In this document: positions 8,907 through 18,651 of the stretch, piece by piece
Numbering within the stretch: position 1 is the stretch's first letter
How the letters are laid out: each line of letters starts with the position of its first letter
DNA from: Gammaproteobacteria bacterium
GTDB lineage: Bacteria > Pseudomonadota > Gammaproteobacteria > UBA1113
Length of the DNA: 64,000 nt
NCBI GenBank assembly: GCA_021773295.1
Contig: JAJFKI010000014.1
Span: 4,250 to 68,249, forward strand
Direction of reading: 5' to 3'
The notes under the pieces: generated by a model
The model's database searches: none
Seen by the model: the letters and a program-made list of their open reading frames with translations, nothing else
What the model was told of the DNA's origin: nothing
Translations under genes and position numbers: made by a program

Positions 8907-10121
8907 TCAAGATACATAACGTTCATGGCTCGCCGATACGCCTATTTGATAGGCTAACTCGGCTGGGTGTGATATGTCCCAGATGAGCATGTCCGCTAGT
9001 TTGCCGACTTCTAGGCTGCCGTAGTCTTCATCGATAGCTAGTGCCTTGGCGGCATTAATGGTAATGCCGGCTAGGGCTTCGGCTGGGGTTAAGCCGAAAA
9101 GAATACAAGCCATATTCATCACGGCATTGATGGAGCACATGGGGGATGTTCCTGGGTTACAATCAGTAGCGATGGCGATGGGGATTTGTTTTTCTCGTAA
9201 TAGGTCGACAGGTGGTTTTTTTGATTGTTGTAAATAATAATAAGCACCCGGTAGTAACACGGCCACGGTTCCTGCTTTGGCCATGGCATTCACTGACCGT
9301 TTTGATACATATTCTAAATGATCCGCCGATAAGCCTTGGTATTTTGCGACCAGTGCAGCGCCGCCTTGATCCGATAATTGTTCCGCATGTAATTTTACAG
9401 GTAAGTTAAGATCGGTCGCGACCTTAAACACTTGCTCAATGTGCGCGGGCGTAAAAGCAATGGTTTCACAAAAGCCATCGACGGCATCAATCAACCCTTG
9501 CGCTGTTAGTTCGGGTAGTATTTGTTGACACACATGATCGATATAACGTTGAGTATCGCCATTAAATTCTTCAGGAACAGCATGCGCACCCAAAAAGGTT
9601 TTATAGACGTTAATCGGCAAGGCTTCTTCTAATTGTCTCGCAACTCTTAACATTTTGCGCTCGCTTGCTAAATCCAAACCATAGCCAGATTTAATTTCAA
9701 TATGGTAAACCCCTTCTCGCATTAACGCTTTTGCTCTTGCCATGGCAGCATTTAATAATTCCGATTCACTGTGCTGACGCGTTGCAGCAACCGTTGACAA
9801 AATGCCGCCACCCGCCTTGGCGAGGCTTTCATAATCCGCGCCTTGCATTCTTAAGGTAAATTCATTGAGGCGGTTGCCGCCATAAATTAAATGGGTGTGA
9901 CAATCGATAAAACTTGGCGTTATCCAGCGATTCCCAACATCAACAACTTTATTGGCTAATTCCTGCGGGTGGTCCAGTAAACTATCTTGTGCACCCATCC
10001 AAGCGATTTTGCCATGCTTCACTGCGATGGCCGCGTGGCGCATTTCTCCGTAATCGTTGTCTCCCGCCATAGTTGCTAAATTTGCACTATGATAAAGGGT
10101 ATCCCATAGTTGAGTCTTCAT
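8907..10121 (-). CDS. hutI: imidazolonepropionase
   Basis: Amidohydrolase-fold metal motif (DCHTHL); length and overall sequence are typical of HutI; adjacent to hutG. Confidence 0.9.
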   Translation of the reverse strand: MKTQLWDTLYHSANLATMAGDNDYGEMRHAAIAVKHGKIAWMGAQDSLLDHPQELANKVVDVGNRWITPSFIDCHTHLIYGGNRLNEFTLRMQGADYESLAKAGGGILSTVAATRQHSESELLNAAMARAKALMREGVYHIEIKSGYGLDLASERKMLRVARQLEEALPINVYKTFLGAHAVPEEFNGDTQRYIDHVCQQILPELTAQGLIDAVDGFCETIAFTPAHIEQVFKVATDLNLPVKLHAEQLSDQGGAALVAKYQGLSADHLEYVSKRSVNAMAKAGTVAVLLPGAYYYLQQSKKPPVDLLREKQIPIAIATDCNPGTSPMCSINAVMNMACILFGLTPAEALAGITINAAKALAIDEDYGSLEVGKLADMLIWDISHPAELAYQIGVSASHERYVS

Positions 10122-10131
10122 AGGGTTCCTT

Positions 10132-11121
10132 ATGGCTATATCTGATAAATTTAATCAATTTTATCAACCTTCTAACTCAAAAGTATGGAAGGGACTGCGC
10201 CAGAGTCAAGGCCAAGCCTATTATTATCAGGCAATAAATACTATTGATATTCGTAAAGACATTATGGTATCCGATGATTGTGTTAATTACGGTTTGCTGG
10301 GCTTTTGCTGTGATAGCGGTGTTATTCGCAACCAAGGTCGCCCCGGTGCGAAAGAAGGCCCTAAGGCTCTGAGGCAAGCCCTTGCTAATTTACCGATACA
10401 CTTTGCGGATACTGTCAGACTCTATGATTGCGGCGATGTTGTGGATAAAACGCAAGACTTAGAAGCCGCCCAGCAAGCACTTGCAGAGGCAGTTGCGCGC
10501 CTCAAAGCCTTAAACTTAAAACCCATTTTAATAGGCGGTGGCCACGAAATTGCTTGGGGACATTACCAAGGCTTATTGAACGCACATAGCCTTGAGCAAT
10601 TCGGCATTATTAATTTCGACGCCCATTATGATATGCGGCAGCTACTCAAGGGTAATAAAGGCAGCTCCGGCACACCCTTTTTACAAATAGCAAAGGATTG
10701 TGAAAAACGGCAATGCCCTTTTGATTACACCTGTATTGGAATTCAAACTCACGCCAATACTCAGGAATTATTTGATACAGCAAAGCGGCATCATGTTTAT
10801 ACGCTATTAGCCGATGATATTTATATGCAAGATCCCGCACACAGTGTGGCGATGATGGATGATACTTTAAATCGCCTCGATCAAATCTATTTAACCGTAT
10901 GCTTGGATGTATTCAGCGCACCCATAGCGCCCGGCGTCAGTGCGCCGCAAGTTGCCGGTTTACAAGCATGGCAAGTGATTCGTTTATTACGTTATATAGC
11001 TCGCAGTAAAAAAGTCGTTAGCTTTGATATCGCAGAATTATCCCCTCCCCATGATAAAGATCAGCAAACAGCCAAACTCGCGGCGCTGTTAGTGGCAAAT
11101 TATATAAATTTTTCCAGTTAG
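10132..11121 (+). CDS. hutG: formimidoylglutamase (arginase family)
   Basis: Arginase-family Mn-binding motifs (GGGHEIAWG, FDAHYD, CLDVFS). Divergent partner of hutI. Confidence 0.85.
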   Translation: MAISDKFNQFYQPSNSKVWKGLRQSQGQAYYYQAINTIDIRKDIMVSDDCVNYGLLGFCCDSGVIRNQGRPGAKEGPKALRQALANLPIHFADTVRLYDCGDVVDKTQDLEAAQQALAEAVARLKALNLKPILIGGGHEIAWGHYQGLLNAHSLEQFGIINFDAHYDMRQLLKGNKGSSGTPFLQIAKDCEKRQCPFDYTCIGIQTHANTQELFDTAKRHHVYTLLADDIYMQDPAHSVAMMDDTLNRLDQIYLTVCLDVFSAPIAPGVSAPQVAGLQAWQVIRLLRYIARSKKVVSFDIAELSPPHDKDQQTAKLAALLVANYINFSS

Positions 11122-11288
11122 TAAAATAAGTGAGCAAGTTAGTCTTAGCGCTAGATTTAACACGAAATTTTTTACTTCATCATTTGACTTTATTGTTCAT
11201 TCAAACAACAACCCTGTAAAAAAAACTAGCGGAGCACAAATCCTGTGCTACATTTTTTGGACAGTGACAAATGTGGGAGAGGTAGCTG

Positions 11289-12086
11289 ATGTGTGCGAGA
11301 ACGAGGACTGAGACAATAACAGGAACACGTTTAGAAAAAGACAAATTGTTAAAAGCGGCGCGTGAAAAACGTGGCGTCGACATAGCAAAATTATGTGGAA
11401 CCGCTTATAGCAATCCAAGTTATCGAAAATTTTGTCGTGAAGATTCCCGCTTAGTGAGTTTTTGGAATAAGCAGTTAAATAATTATAAGTCTGGCTTGAA
11501 GCCACAAACATTTCTGAATAGCTTTGAAATTTTCTATGGTGAGTATTGTTATGCGAAATTTTTGCAAACCAAGATCACTGATTACTTACAACAAGCTTAT
11601 GAACATGCAAACTTAAAAGCATTATTGGAGTTAATTGATAAGCGTTATCGCAAAGCGTTACAAACTGCAACGCACGATGACACAGTTGATATTGACGCAT
11701 TGTTGAAAACTGCAAATCACTGTTCAGATAAACATGGCACCATCGGTTGGGTAATACTCGCAAAAACATACATCGAAATTGCAAGTTATCATCATCGAGT
11801 CACTGGCAAATATGATGCGGTAACTCATTGCTTAAATGCGGCAAAGCAAGCATTTAGCAAAGCAAAAACGCTGATTTCAAAATCATCACGGGAAATTAAT
11901 AATGCTAGACTGTTCATAGCGTCTGAAAATTTTGAAATGCAAAAACATTTGCCGTTTACGAAAGAAGACATTGATATTTTACAAAATCACATCCTAAGCT
12001 TGCCCGCTTTTGCTACGTACCTTAAGGGCATGACTGCAGATTCAACTATTCCTCAGTCATGCCGTGTGTCTAGTATGTTCCTCTAG
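11289..12086 (+). CDS. hypothetical protein (orphan)
   Basis: 265-aa ORF; ATG preceded by a GGAGAGG SD; predicted mostly helical; no motif I recognise. Confidence 0.5.
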   Translation: MCARTRTETITGTRLEKDKLLKAAREKRGVDIAKLCGTAYSNPSYRKFCREDSRLVSFWNKQLNNYKSGLKPQTFLNSFEIFYGEYCYAKFLQTKITDYLQQAYEHANLKALLELIDKRYRKALQTATHDDTVDIDALLKTANHCSDKHGTIGWVILAKTYIEIASYHHRVTGKYDAVTHCLNAAKQAFSKAKTLISKSSREINNARLFIASENFEMQKHLPFTKEDIDILQNHILSLPAFATYLKGMTADSTIPQSCRVSSMFL

Positions 12087-12128
12087 CTGCGCTATACCCT
12101 TGTGGGCTGAGGGATCGACAGCTATGGG

Positions 12129-12365
12129 TTAAGCCTGGGGATCTTGGTGAAGCTTATCAACCAGCTCTTCTAACTGTTCTTCGGAGGTGCTTTGTTGGGG
12201 ACTAAGACGATGTAAGGTATGCACCACGGCTTCTAATTGACGCATAAAACGACTGCAGTGTTTGCACAGCATCAGGTGCATGCGAAAATTCATTCGCTGC
12301 ATAAACGACATTTGTTGATCGAGATACTCACTGGAGCGCTCATTAATATCACGACATGTTAGCAT
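12129..12365 (-). CDS. zinc-binding (ZAS-type) anti-sigma factor, soluble
   Basis: HLMLCKHC matches the Hx3Cx2C ZAS motif. 78 aa with no TM segment. Lies 2 nt downstream of the ECF sigma gene. Confidence 0.65.
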   Translation of the reverse strand: MLTCRDINERSSEYLDQQMSFMQRMNFRMHLMLCKHCSRFMRQLEAVVHTLHRLSPQQSTSEEQLEELVDKLHQDPQA

Positions 12366-12367
12366 AG

Positions 12368-12964
12368 TTACACTTCCTGTAGTTTATTGACAACAGCCTT
12401 CACTGCTAATCTTGCACGGTGCAGTATGACTCTTCCATTAGACGTTGTAATATCCAATTGATTACAAACATCTTCCATCAGAACACCTTCTAAATCATGC
12501 AAAGTCAGCATAATTCGTTGATTATCAGGCAATTTATCAATTGTTTTTGCGATTGCTGATAATACTTGTTCACTTTGTAAAAGCGCATCTGGTGATTCAT
12601 CATCCCAGGGGATAGGCGCTACTCGCCAAGTGCCATCTTCTTTATAATCATCTTGATATAAGTCTTCTACAACCGTTGCATGGGAGATATGTTTTGCTTC
12701 TTTGCGCAAGCGGGTTTTAGCGGCATTGATGGTAATGCGTGTCATCCACGTTTTAAAACTGGCTTCACCCTTAAAGGTTCCCAAAGAACGCACCACAGAC
12801 ACCCAAGCTTCTTGCACTACATCTTCAGCATTAGCATCACCTACAAAACTACGTGCAATGCGTGTCATATTGGTATGATATAGATGCACTAATTCAGATA
12901 GCGCTTGGCGCTTACCGTTTAAAATTTCTGCGACTAATTGCTTATCCCTGTCGAGTGTATTCAT
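12368..12964 (-). CDS. ECF-type RNA polymerase sigma factor
   Basis: Sigma-70 region 2 (DVVQEAWVSVVR) and region 4 (NQRIMLTLHDLEGVLMEDVCNQLDITTSNGRVILHRAR). Confidence 0.85.
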   Translation of the reverse strand: MNTLDRDKQLVAEILNGKRQALSELVHLYHTNMTRIARSFVGDANAEDVVQEAWVSVVRSLGTFKGEASFKTWMTRITINAAKTRLRKEAKHISHATVVEDLYQDDYKEDGTWRVAPIPWDDESPDALLQSEQVLSAIAKTIDKLPDNQRIMLTLHDLEGVLMEDVCNQLDITTSNGRVILHRARLAVKAVVNKLQEV

Positions 12965-12978
12965 ACAATGAGTTCCTG

Positions 12979-14043
12979 CTAGTTATGGTAAGGCTTACTA
13001 AGCTTATGCACCGCATCAATAAATACCGTAACCGATTCGATCGGGGTATGTTGATGAATCCCATGGCCAAGGTTAAACACATGCCCAGGACCCAGGCCAA
13101 ATCCTTTTAAAATGCTTGCAACTTCTTGCTCGATACGCTCTACTGGTGCGAACAATAGACCGGGATCCATATTGCCTTGCAGCGCAACCTTATCACCAAT
13201 CCGTTGCTTAGCGTTTTCAATCTCAGTCATCCAATCTAAGCCAACACAATCACAGCCACTAGCAGCCATTAATTCTAACCATTGGCCCCCATTTTTAGTG
13301 AAGACTGTTTTTGGAATTATTTGATCTTCATAGGCTCTGGGCAATTGCGCAATAATAGCTGTCATATAATCAAGAGAAAATTCTTGATAAGCCGTTTTTG
13401 TTAATACGCCGCCCCAGGTATCAAACAGCATAATAGCCTGCGCGCCCGCAGCAATTTGTGCCGATAAGTAATTAACAATAGCTTGTGATAATTTTTCCAA
13501 GAGTAAGTGTAAGGTTTGCGGTTGTTGATACATCATGGCCTTGATAGTTTCATAGGCTTTGCTAGGACCACCTTCAACCATGTACGTAGCCAATGTCCAA
13601 GGGCTGCCAGCAAAACCAATCAAAGGCACCCTGTTGTTTAAGCTTTTTCGAACAAGACTCACCGTATCCATTACATAGCGTAACTCTTCACTCGGACAAG
13701 GGACAGGCAATTGCTCTACCATGTTTGTGGAAGTAATGGGACGTTCAAACTTAGGCCCTTCTCCCGTCGTGAAATATAAACCCAAACCCATGGCATCAGG
13801 AATGGTTAAAATATCTGAAAATAAAATTGCTGCATCTAAATCGAATCTTTCTAAGGGTTGCAAAGTGACTTCACAGGCTAATTCAGGATTCTGACATAGT
13901 GACATGAAGTCACCCGCTTGTTGACGTACTTTTTTATATTCTGGTAAGTAACGCCCTGCCTGGCGCATCATCCACACAGGAGTTACGTCAACGGGTTCTC
14001 TCAATAAAGCTTTTATTAAACGATCATTTTGTAAGGGTGCCAC
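12979..14043 (-). CDS. hemE: uroporphyrinogen decarboxylase
   Basis: The N-terminal [15 protein letters not shown] motif is diagnostic of HemE. 354 aa. GTG start. Confidence 0.95.
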   Translation of the reverse strand: MAPLQNDRLIKALLREPVDVTPVWMMRQAGRYLPEYKKVRQQAGDFMSLCQNPELACEVTLQPLERFDLDAAILFSDILTIPDAMGLGLYFTTGEGPKFERPITSTNMVEQLPVPCPSEELRYVMDTVSLVRKSLNNRVPLIGFAGSPWTLATYMVEGGPSKAYETIKAMMYQQPQTLHLLLEKLSQAIVNYLSAQIAAGAQAIMLFDTWGGVLTKTAYQEFSLDYMTAIIAQLPRAYEDQIIPKTVFTKNGGQWLELMAASGCDCVGLDWMTEIENAKQRIGDKVALQGNMDPGLLFAPVERIEQEVASILKGFGLGPGHVFNLGHGIHQHTPIESVTVFIDAVHKLSKPYHN

Positions 14044-14047
14044 TCAA

Positions 14048-15541
14048 TTATCCCACTTTATTTTGATTAATACTTTTGAGGCTCCTTATCCATGGATGTA
14101 TCCGTTGTAAATTATGCGGTAAATCTTTTACTGCTAAGTGAGCTGTCGCACTATCATTGTACTGACCATAAGCTACCACATACCATATCTTGCCGCGACT
14201 GGAGACATGGTAAATATGCGCTTGTTGTTCGATACCGTGATTAATAATGAATTGATTCGCCTTGTTAATGGTTTCTGCGGCTAACAATTGCAAGGTATAG
14301 CCTCGAGGCTCTGTGGCCGCTTGTGTGACTTGTTGCGGCTGCGTGGCTTTAGGCTCAGAGGTCACTGGTATTTGCCTTGGCAAATTTGCTGCAGTGAGCG
14401 CTTCTGCTCTTGCGGCAATTTGTGCTTGCTCTTCCTCATCTGATTGAGCATCACTTTGTGTTGGCGTTGGTGTTTCTTGTACTTTCACCACTGGGTTTAC
14501 TGGCGTTTGCGTCGTTGCTGTCACTGTTTCTATGGTGGCTTGTGTTGGCAATTGCGTATTGCTAGCCAATGCTAAGCGTGCCGTATAAGTATTGCTTTGT
14601 TGTTTAGCCATTAATGCGGCTCGCTGCGATGGCAAAGCAGCCTCGCCTTGGCTAGCTTGCATAAAGGCTGGGTTGTTATGTGGCGTCACTACAAAGGCCG
14701 TCACTAAGACTAACAACACACAAGCACCAGCGGCTAATGGCCAATGACGTCGCAGAAACCTTGTTCGTTTGGGTAAACCAGTTTCACTCTGCGGTAAATA
14801 TTTAATTAAAATATTTTTAGCAAAGAAATTCACTTTAATAGGCACGCCACTGGATTGTTTGAAAATTTCATCAATGTCTTTTTCAGAAAATAAATTACTA
14901 CTTTGCACACCAACAGAGGCTAAACGATGCTCAATGTATTGCGCTGTTTCTTGGCGATTTAACGCTTCAACCCGTTGTGTATGAGTTAAGGCTTCTCCCA
15001 TGGTTTCTGAAGTGATACTCGATAGGGTCGCTGTTAACTGTGGACCGCCGACTAAGACAATGTGCAAAGGGTTCACCGGCTCGGCGTTGTCATTAGCAAA
15101 TTGTAGTAATGTTTCATGGGTTGATTCTGGTAACTTATGTGCATTGTCAATCACTAACACATAACGCTTACCTTGTGATGACATCGTATCAAGGGCTTGG
15201 TTAATAGCACTTTTTAAATCAAAATCTGACATGCCTTGATAATTAATGCCAAGATGGCTGGCAAGGATTTGCAGTAAAACAGAGGAGACAATGCTAAGCT
15301 CACCTTTGACTTCGCAAACACCCGCTTCTTTTTTAACTTCTCTCACAAATTCATGTCGTAACACCGATTTACCAACGCCTAAAACACCTGTCACGACTAA
15401 AACGGCATTGCTTGATTGGCTTAAATGTAATAATAAATCTATTTGCTGTTGCCAGCGATCGGATAAGTAAGGAGTAATATCAGGATTATCGGCCGCGAAG
15501 GGATCCGATGATAAGTGATAATATTTCCAGTAATCTGACAT
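14048..15541 (-). CDS. ExeA-like AAA ATPase with TM segment and C-terminal SPOR domain (DamX position)
   Basis: Walker A GVLGVGKS, Walker B VLVIDNAH, central TM (WPLAAGACVLLVLVTAFVV), T/Q/P-rich linker, C-terminal SPOR-like YTLQLLA...WYVVAYGQYNDSATA. Sits downstream of aroB like damX in E. coli and PA5037 in P. aeruginosa. Confidence 0.75.
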   Translation of the reverse strand: MSDYWKYYHLSSDPFAADNPDITPYLSDRWQQQIDLLLHLSQSSNAVLVVTGVLGVGKSVLRHEFVREVKKEAGVCEVKGELSIVSSVLLQILASHLGINYQGMSDFDLKSAINQALDTMSSQGKRYVLVIDNAHKLPESTHETLLQFANDNAEPVNPLHIVLVGGPQLTATLSSITSETMGEALTHTQRVEALNRQETAQYIEHRLASVGVQSSNLFSEKDIDEIFKQSSGVPIKVNFFAKNILIKYLPQSETGLPKRTRFLRRHWPLAAGACVLLVLVTAFVVTPHNNPAFMQASQGEAALPSQRAALMAKQQSNTYTARLALASNTQLPTQATIETVTATTQTPVNPVVKVQETPTPTQSDAQSDEEEQAQIAARAEALTAANLPRQIPVTSEPKATQPQQVTQAATEPRGYTLQLLAAETINKANQFIINHGIEQQAHIYHVSSRGKIWYVVAYGQYNDSATAHLAVKDLPHNLQRIHPWIRSLKSINQNKVG

Positions 15542-15543
15542 TG

Positions 15544-16662
15544 CTATTCCTCCTTGTCTAAACCACAGGTTTGTAGTGCTTTTATGACGGCTGTTGTGTC
15601 AACAGTATCTGTCACAAACCCTTGGCCCATTGATTTTAATAAAACTAAACGTAAACGATGGTCCATCACTTTTTTGTCAACGCTCATTAAATCCATGCAT
15701 GTCTCAATGCTCAATGCTGCCGGAGCAGCTATGGGTAACTGGCACTGTTGCAATAATTGTTTAACCCGTGCAACATCTTCTGCTTGTATATACCCTAAGT
15801 CCTGCGACAGCTCTGCCGCTACCACCATGCCCGCTGCTACCGCTTCACCGTGTAACCATTGCCCATAGCCTAAGCCGTTTTCAAAGGCATGGCCAAAGGT
15901 GTGGCCTAAATTGAGCAGCGCCCTAATGCCTTGCTCTGTTTCATCCGCTGCCACGATGTCTGCTTTTATTTGGCAACAGTGGTAAATCATAGTTTGCAAC
16001 GCTTGCGCCTCTTTAGCAATGATTTTATTGATATTTCCTTCTAACCAAGCAAAAAAATCCATATCGTGGATTAAGCCATACTTGATGACTTCAGCAAGAC
16101 CGGCGTTAAATTCTCGAGTTGCTAATGTGTTGAGTGTGTCTGTGTCAATAATAACAGCGAGTGGTTGGTGAAAGGCGCCTATCATATTCTTACCCAGCGC
16201 ATGATTCACTGCCGTTTTACCGCCCACGGAAGCATCCACTTGTGCCAATAGTGTGGTGGGCACTTGAATAAAAGGCACTCCGCGTTGATAACAGCTAGCC
16301 GCAAAGCCTGCCATATCACCAATTACACCACCCCCAAAGGCAATAATCACTGTGCCACGGTGGTGTTTTTGTTTTAACAGCTGATCAAAAATTTGGTTTA
16401 AGGTGTCTAAGTTTTTGAATTGCTCACCGTCTGGTAGGATAACCGTATCACATTGCTTGTCGGTGAGTGCCTCGGTTAACTTGTCTACATATAAATCTGC
16501 CACGGTGGTATTACTGACAATCATCGCTTGTTGCTTGGGAATGTGCCTGCGTAATAAATCCGTCTCAGATAATAGGCCACTACCTATATAGATAGGATAT
16601 CGACGCGGCCCTATTTCGACCCAACATAGTGTTGCTGCTCTGTCAGTGTCTTGCTGATTCAT
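15544..16662 (-). CDS. aroB: 3-dehydroquinate synthase
   Basis: Motifs [13 protein letters not shown] and [10 protein letters not shown]; synteny with aroK. Confidence 0.95.
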   Translation of the reverse strand: MNQQDTDRAATLCWVEIGPRRYPIYIGSGLLSETDLLRRHIPKQQAMIVSNTTVADLYVDKLTEALTDKQCDTVILPDGEQFKNLDTLNQIFDQLLKQKHHRGTVIIAFGGGVIGDMAGFAASCYQRGVPFIQVPTTLLAQVDASVGGKTAVNHALGKNMIGAFHQPLAVIIDTDTLNTLATREFNAGLAEVIKYGLIHDMDFFAWLEGNINKIIAKEAQALQTMIYHCCQIKADIVAADETEQGIRALLNLGHTFGHAFENGLGYGQWLHGEAVAAGMVVAAELSQDLGYIQAEDVARVKQLLQQCQLPIAAPAALSIETCMDLMSVDKKVMDHRLRLVLLKSMGQGFVTDTVDTTAVIKALQTCGLDKEE

Positions 16663-16672
16663 GATTATTTAC

Positions 16673-17203
16673 TCAAGTCTCGGCACTCTCACAAAGAACA
16701 CTCAAAATATCATTAACGACGGCTTTTATTGTACAGTCATCTGTGGAAAACACATAATCTGAGGCTTGTTCATACAATTGATGGCGTCGTTCGATGAGTT
16801 CTCGCAGTCTGCCTTCTTTGTCATCGGTACGCAGCAATGGGCGCCGTTTGTCTTTGATGGTGCGTTCTAATTGCTGCTCTACACTAGCCTTAAGATAAAC
16901 CACTAAGCCACGATTGGATAAAGAGCGGCAATTTTCTTCCCGCTCGACAACACCACCACCGGTGGCTAGGACGATGCTGTTTAACTGTGATAAGCGATCA
17001 ATCACTGCCACTTCACGATCACGAAAACCCTCTTCCCCTTCCACATCGAAAATCCAGGCGATATCAACGCCGGTAGTTTCTTCTATCTCTAAATCAGAGT
17101 CATAAAAGGTATAATTCAATTCTTTAGCAAGTGCTTTACCTACCGTGGTTTTGCCCGCACCCATGGGCCCGACTAAAAATACATTTTGTTTAAAACCTAA
17201 CAT
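16673..17203 (-). CDS. aroK: shikimate kinase
   Basis: NVFLVGPMGAGKTTVG P-loop. Start placed at the internal ATG 17203 (AGGTGG SD), giving a normal-length AroK; the ORF track extends to 17278. Confidence 0.9.
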   Translation of the reverse strand: MLGFKQNVFLVGPMGAGKTTVGKALAKELNYTFYDSDLEIEETTGVDIAWIFDVEGEEGFRDREVAVIDRLSQLNSIVLATGGGVVEREENCRSLSNRGLVVYLKASVEQQLERTIKDKRRPLLRTDDKEGRLRELIERRHQLYEQASDYVFSTDDCTIKAVVNDILSVLCESAET

Positions 17204-17454
17204 TAACTGTGCCACCTGCTTGATTATGCGAAAACCCGGTATGGTAACATAATCTGCCTTGGATAGGGATGTGGTCAATTAGGTTACATATACTCCAGTC
17301 AAGAATGGACAGCAAGGCGACACTGATAACACTAATACCGAACTATTGATGGGTAAATGACAATTAATGACACACCACTTTTATTTGTACAAGCTTTAGT
17401 CTATAATGACCAACTTTTTCTGGGATTACTTAGGTAAAAAAGCGAGCAATAATT

Positions 17455-18639
17455 ATGTTAGATTCATTAGATTACATCAGTCATTTTTTCTGGGCGCATC
17501 AAGCCTTTTTTTCAAGTCATTACGGGATAAACGCCAGAGGCGAAGTACCGGAGTTGATTAGGGGATTTGGCAGATGGCTACAAAGTCAAGCTAAGACGGA
17601 TCGATTCAATACAAAAGATTTAGAAAATTTTTCAGTGGCGCTGTGTGAGCAGTTGCGTTATGACTATCTTGAGCAAACAGATTTCTTCTCTGTGGTCCAG
17701 CGTTTTTACTATAAAGATCCAGATGAGTTTAAAACAGAAAATTTTAAAAAGTTTTTTTGGCTTCACGACCATGTTCGCGATTGGCTATATCTCAATTTAT
17801 ATCGACTTGAAGAGATCATTACAAGATGGGAGCAGGCTCATCATGTCCGACTACCCGAGCAAAGTTACACTATCCTTAAGGAACATATTCCATCCATTAA
17901 AATCTTTAAAAGACTCAATGAATATTTGCTGTTAAAACAATTTCAATCAGGTTACGATTTTTTATTTAAAATGTTTCAGGATGCGCATATTAGTAAAAAT
18001 GAATTTAAAGAACTATTAACCGTTTATCTTGAGCAAATTAATGATGCCACGAGCGCATTAACATTAATAGCCATTACAAAAAAACGAGAGCTTTTTCCTG
18101 AAGAAGTCATTCTTAATCTTGTAAACGATAAGTTTCAATCCTATTCCCAGAAAAGCAATCACTGTGGTTTAAGGCAATTAAGTGATATCGCCTATAGCCT
18201 TCAGTTAATCACACTTGAGCTAAGGGAAAGATATAATACTGTCATTGATATGCTAAATTTGAATAGTGCGCCCGCGCTTTACCAATACTTTCTGAAAGCT
18301 GCTAAAAGCTCAAACGTAAATGGTTGCCATTGTAGCTATTTAATGTTGCAGGAGAATGCTGGGAACGGACAAAGCTATTTTAATCAATTAACGGCAGAAG
18401 AAAAATTAACAATACATAAATTTTGCAATTGTTATCCAGAGCTTCAGTCTTTTGCTGCAAAGATTGAAATAAAGTTACGAGCAATTAATGCGTTTCCAGA
18501 TGAGCCGGTATCACAAGAGACACTTGTCGCTCAGGTTGGCCATTTTTCTCCGCCGCCAATGGCAAGTTCTAGCACCCAAGCTGCAAGTGCTTCATCTTCC
18601 AATAACACGTCAATAGTGAGTAAAGGGATCACCACCTGA
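17455..18639 (+). CDS. hypothetical protein (orphan, helical, S/T-rich C-terminus)
   Basis: 394-aa ORF with no signal peptide or TM and no recognisable motif. C-terminal 40 aa are rich in small polar residues (PPPMASSSTQAASASSSNNTSIVSKGITT). Confidence 0.55.
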   Translation: MLDSLDYISHFFWAHQAFFSSHYGINARGEVPELIRGFGRWLQSQAKTDRFNTKDLENFSVALCEQLRYDYLEQTDFFSVVQRFYYKDPDEFKTENFKKFFWLHDHVRDWLYLNLYRLEEIITRWEQAHHVRLPEQSYTILKEHIPSIKIFKRLNEYLLLKQFQSGYDFLFKMFQDAHISKNEFKELLTVYLEQINDATSALTLIAITKKRELFPEEVILNLVNDKFQSYSQKSNHCGLRQLSDIAYSLQLITLELRERYNTVIDMLNLNSAPALYQYFLKAAKSSNVNGCHCSYLMLQENAGNGQSYFNQLTAEEKLTIHKFCNCYPELQSFAAKIEIKLRAINAFPDEPVSQETLVAQVGHFSPPPMASSSTQAASASSSNNTSIVSKGITT

Positions 18640-18651
18640 TCCCTTGGCATA

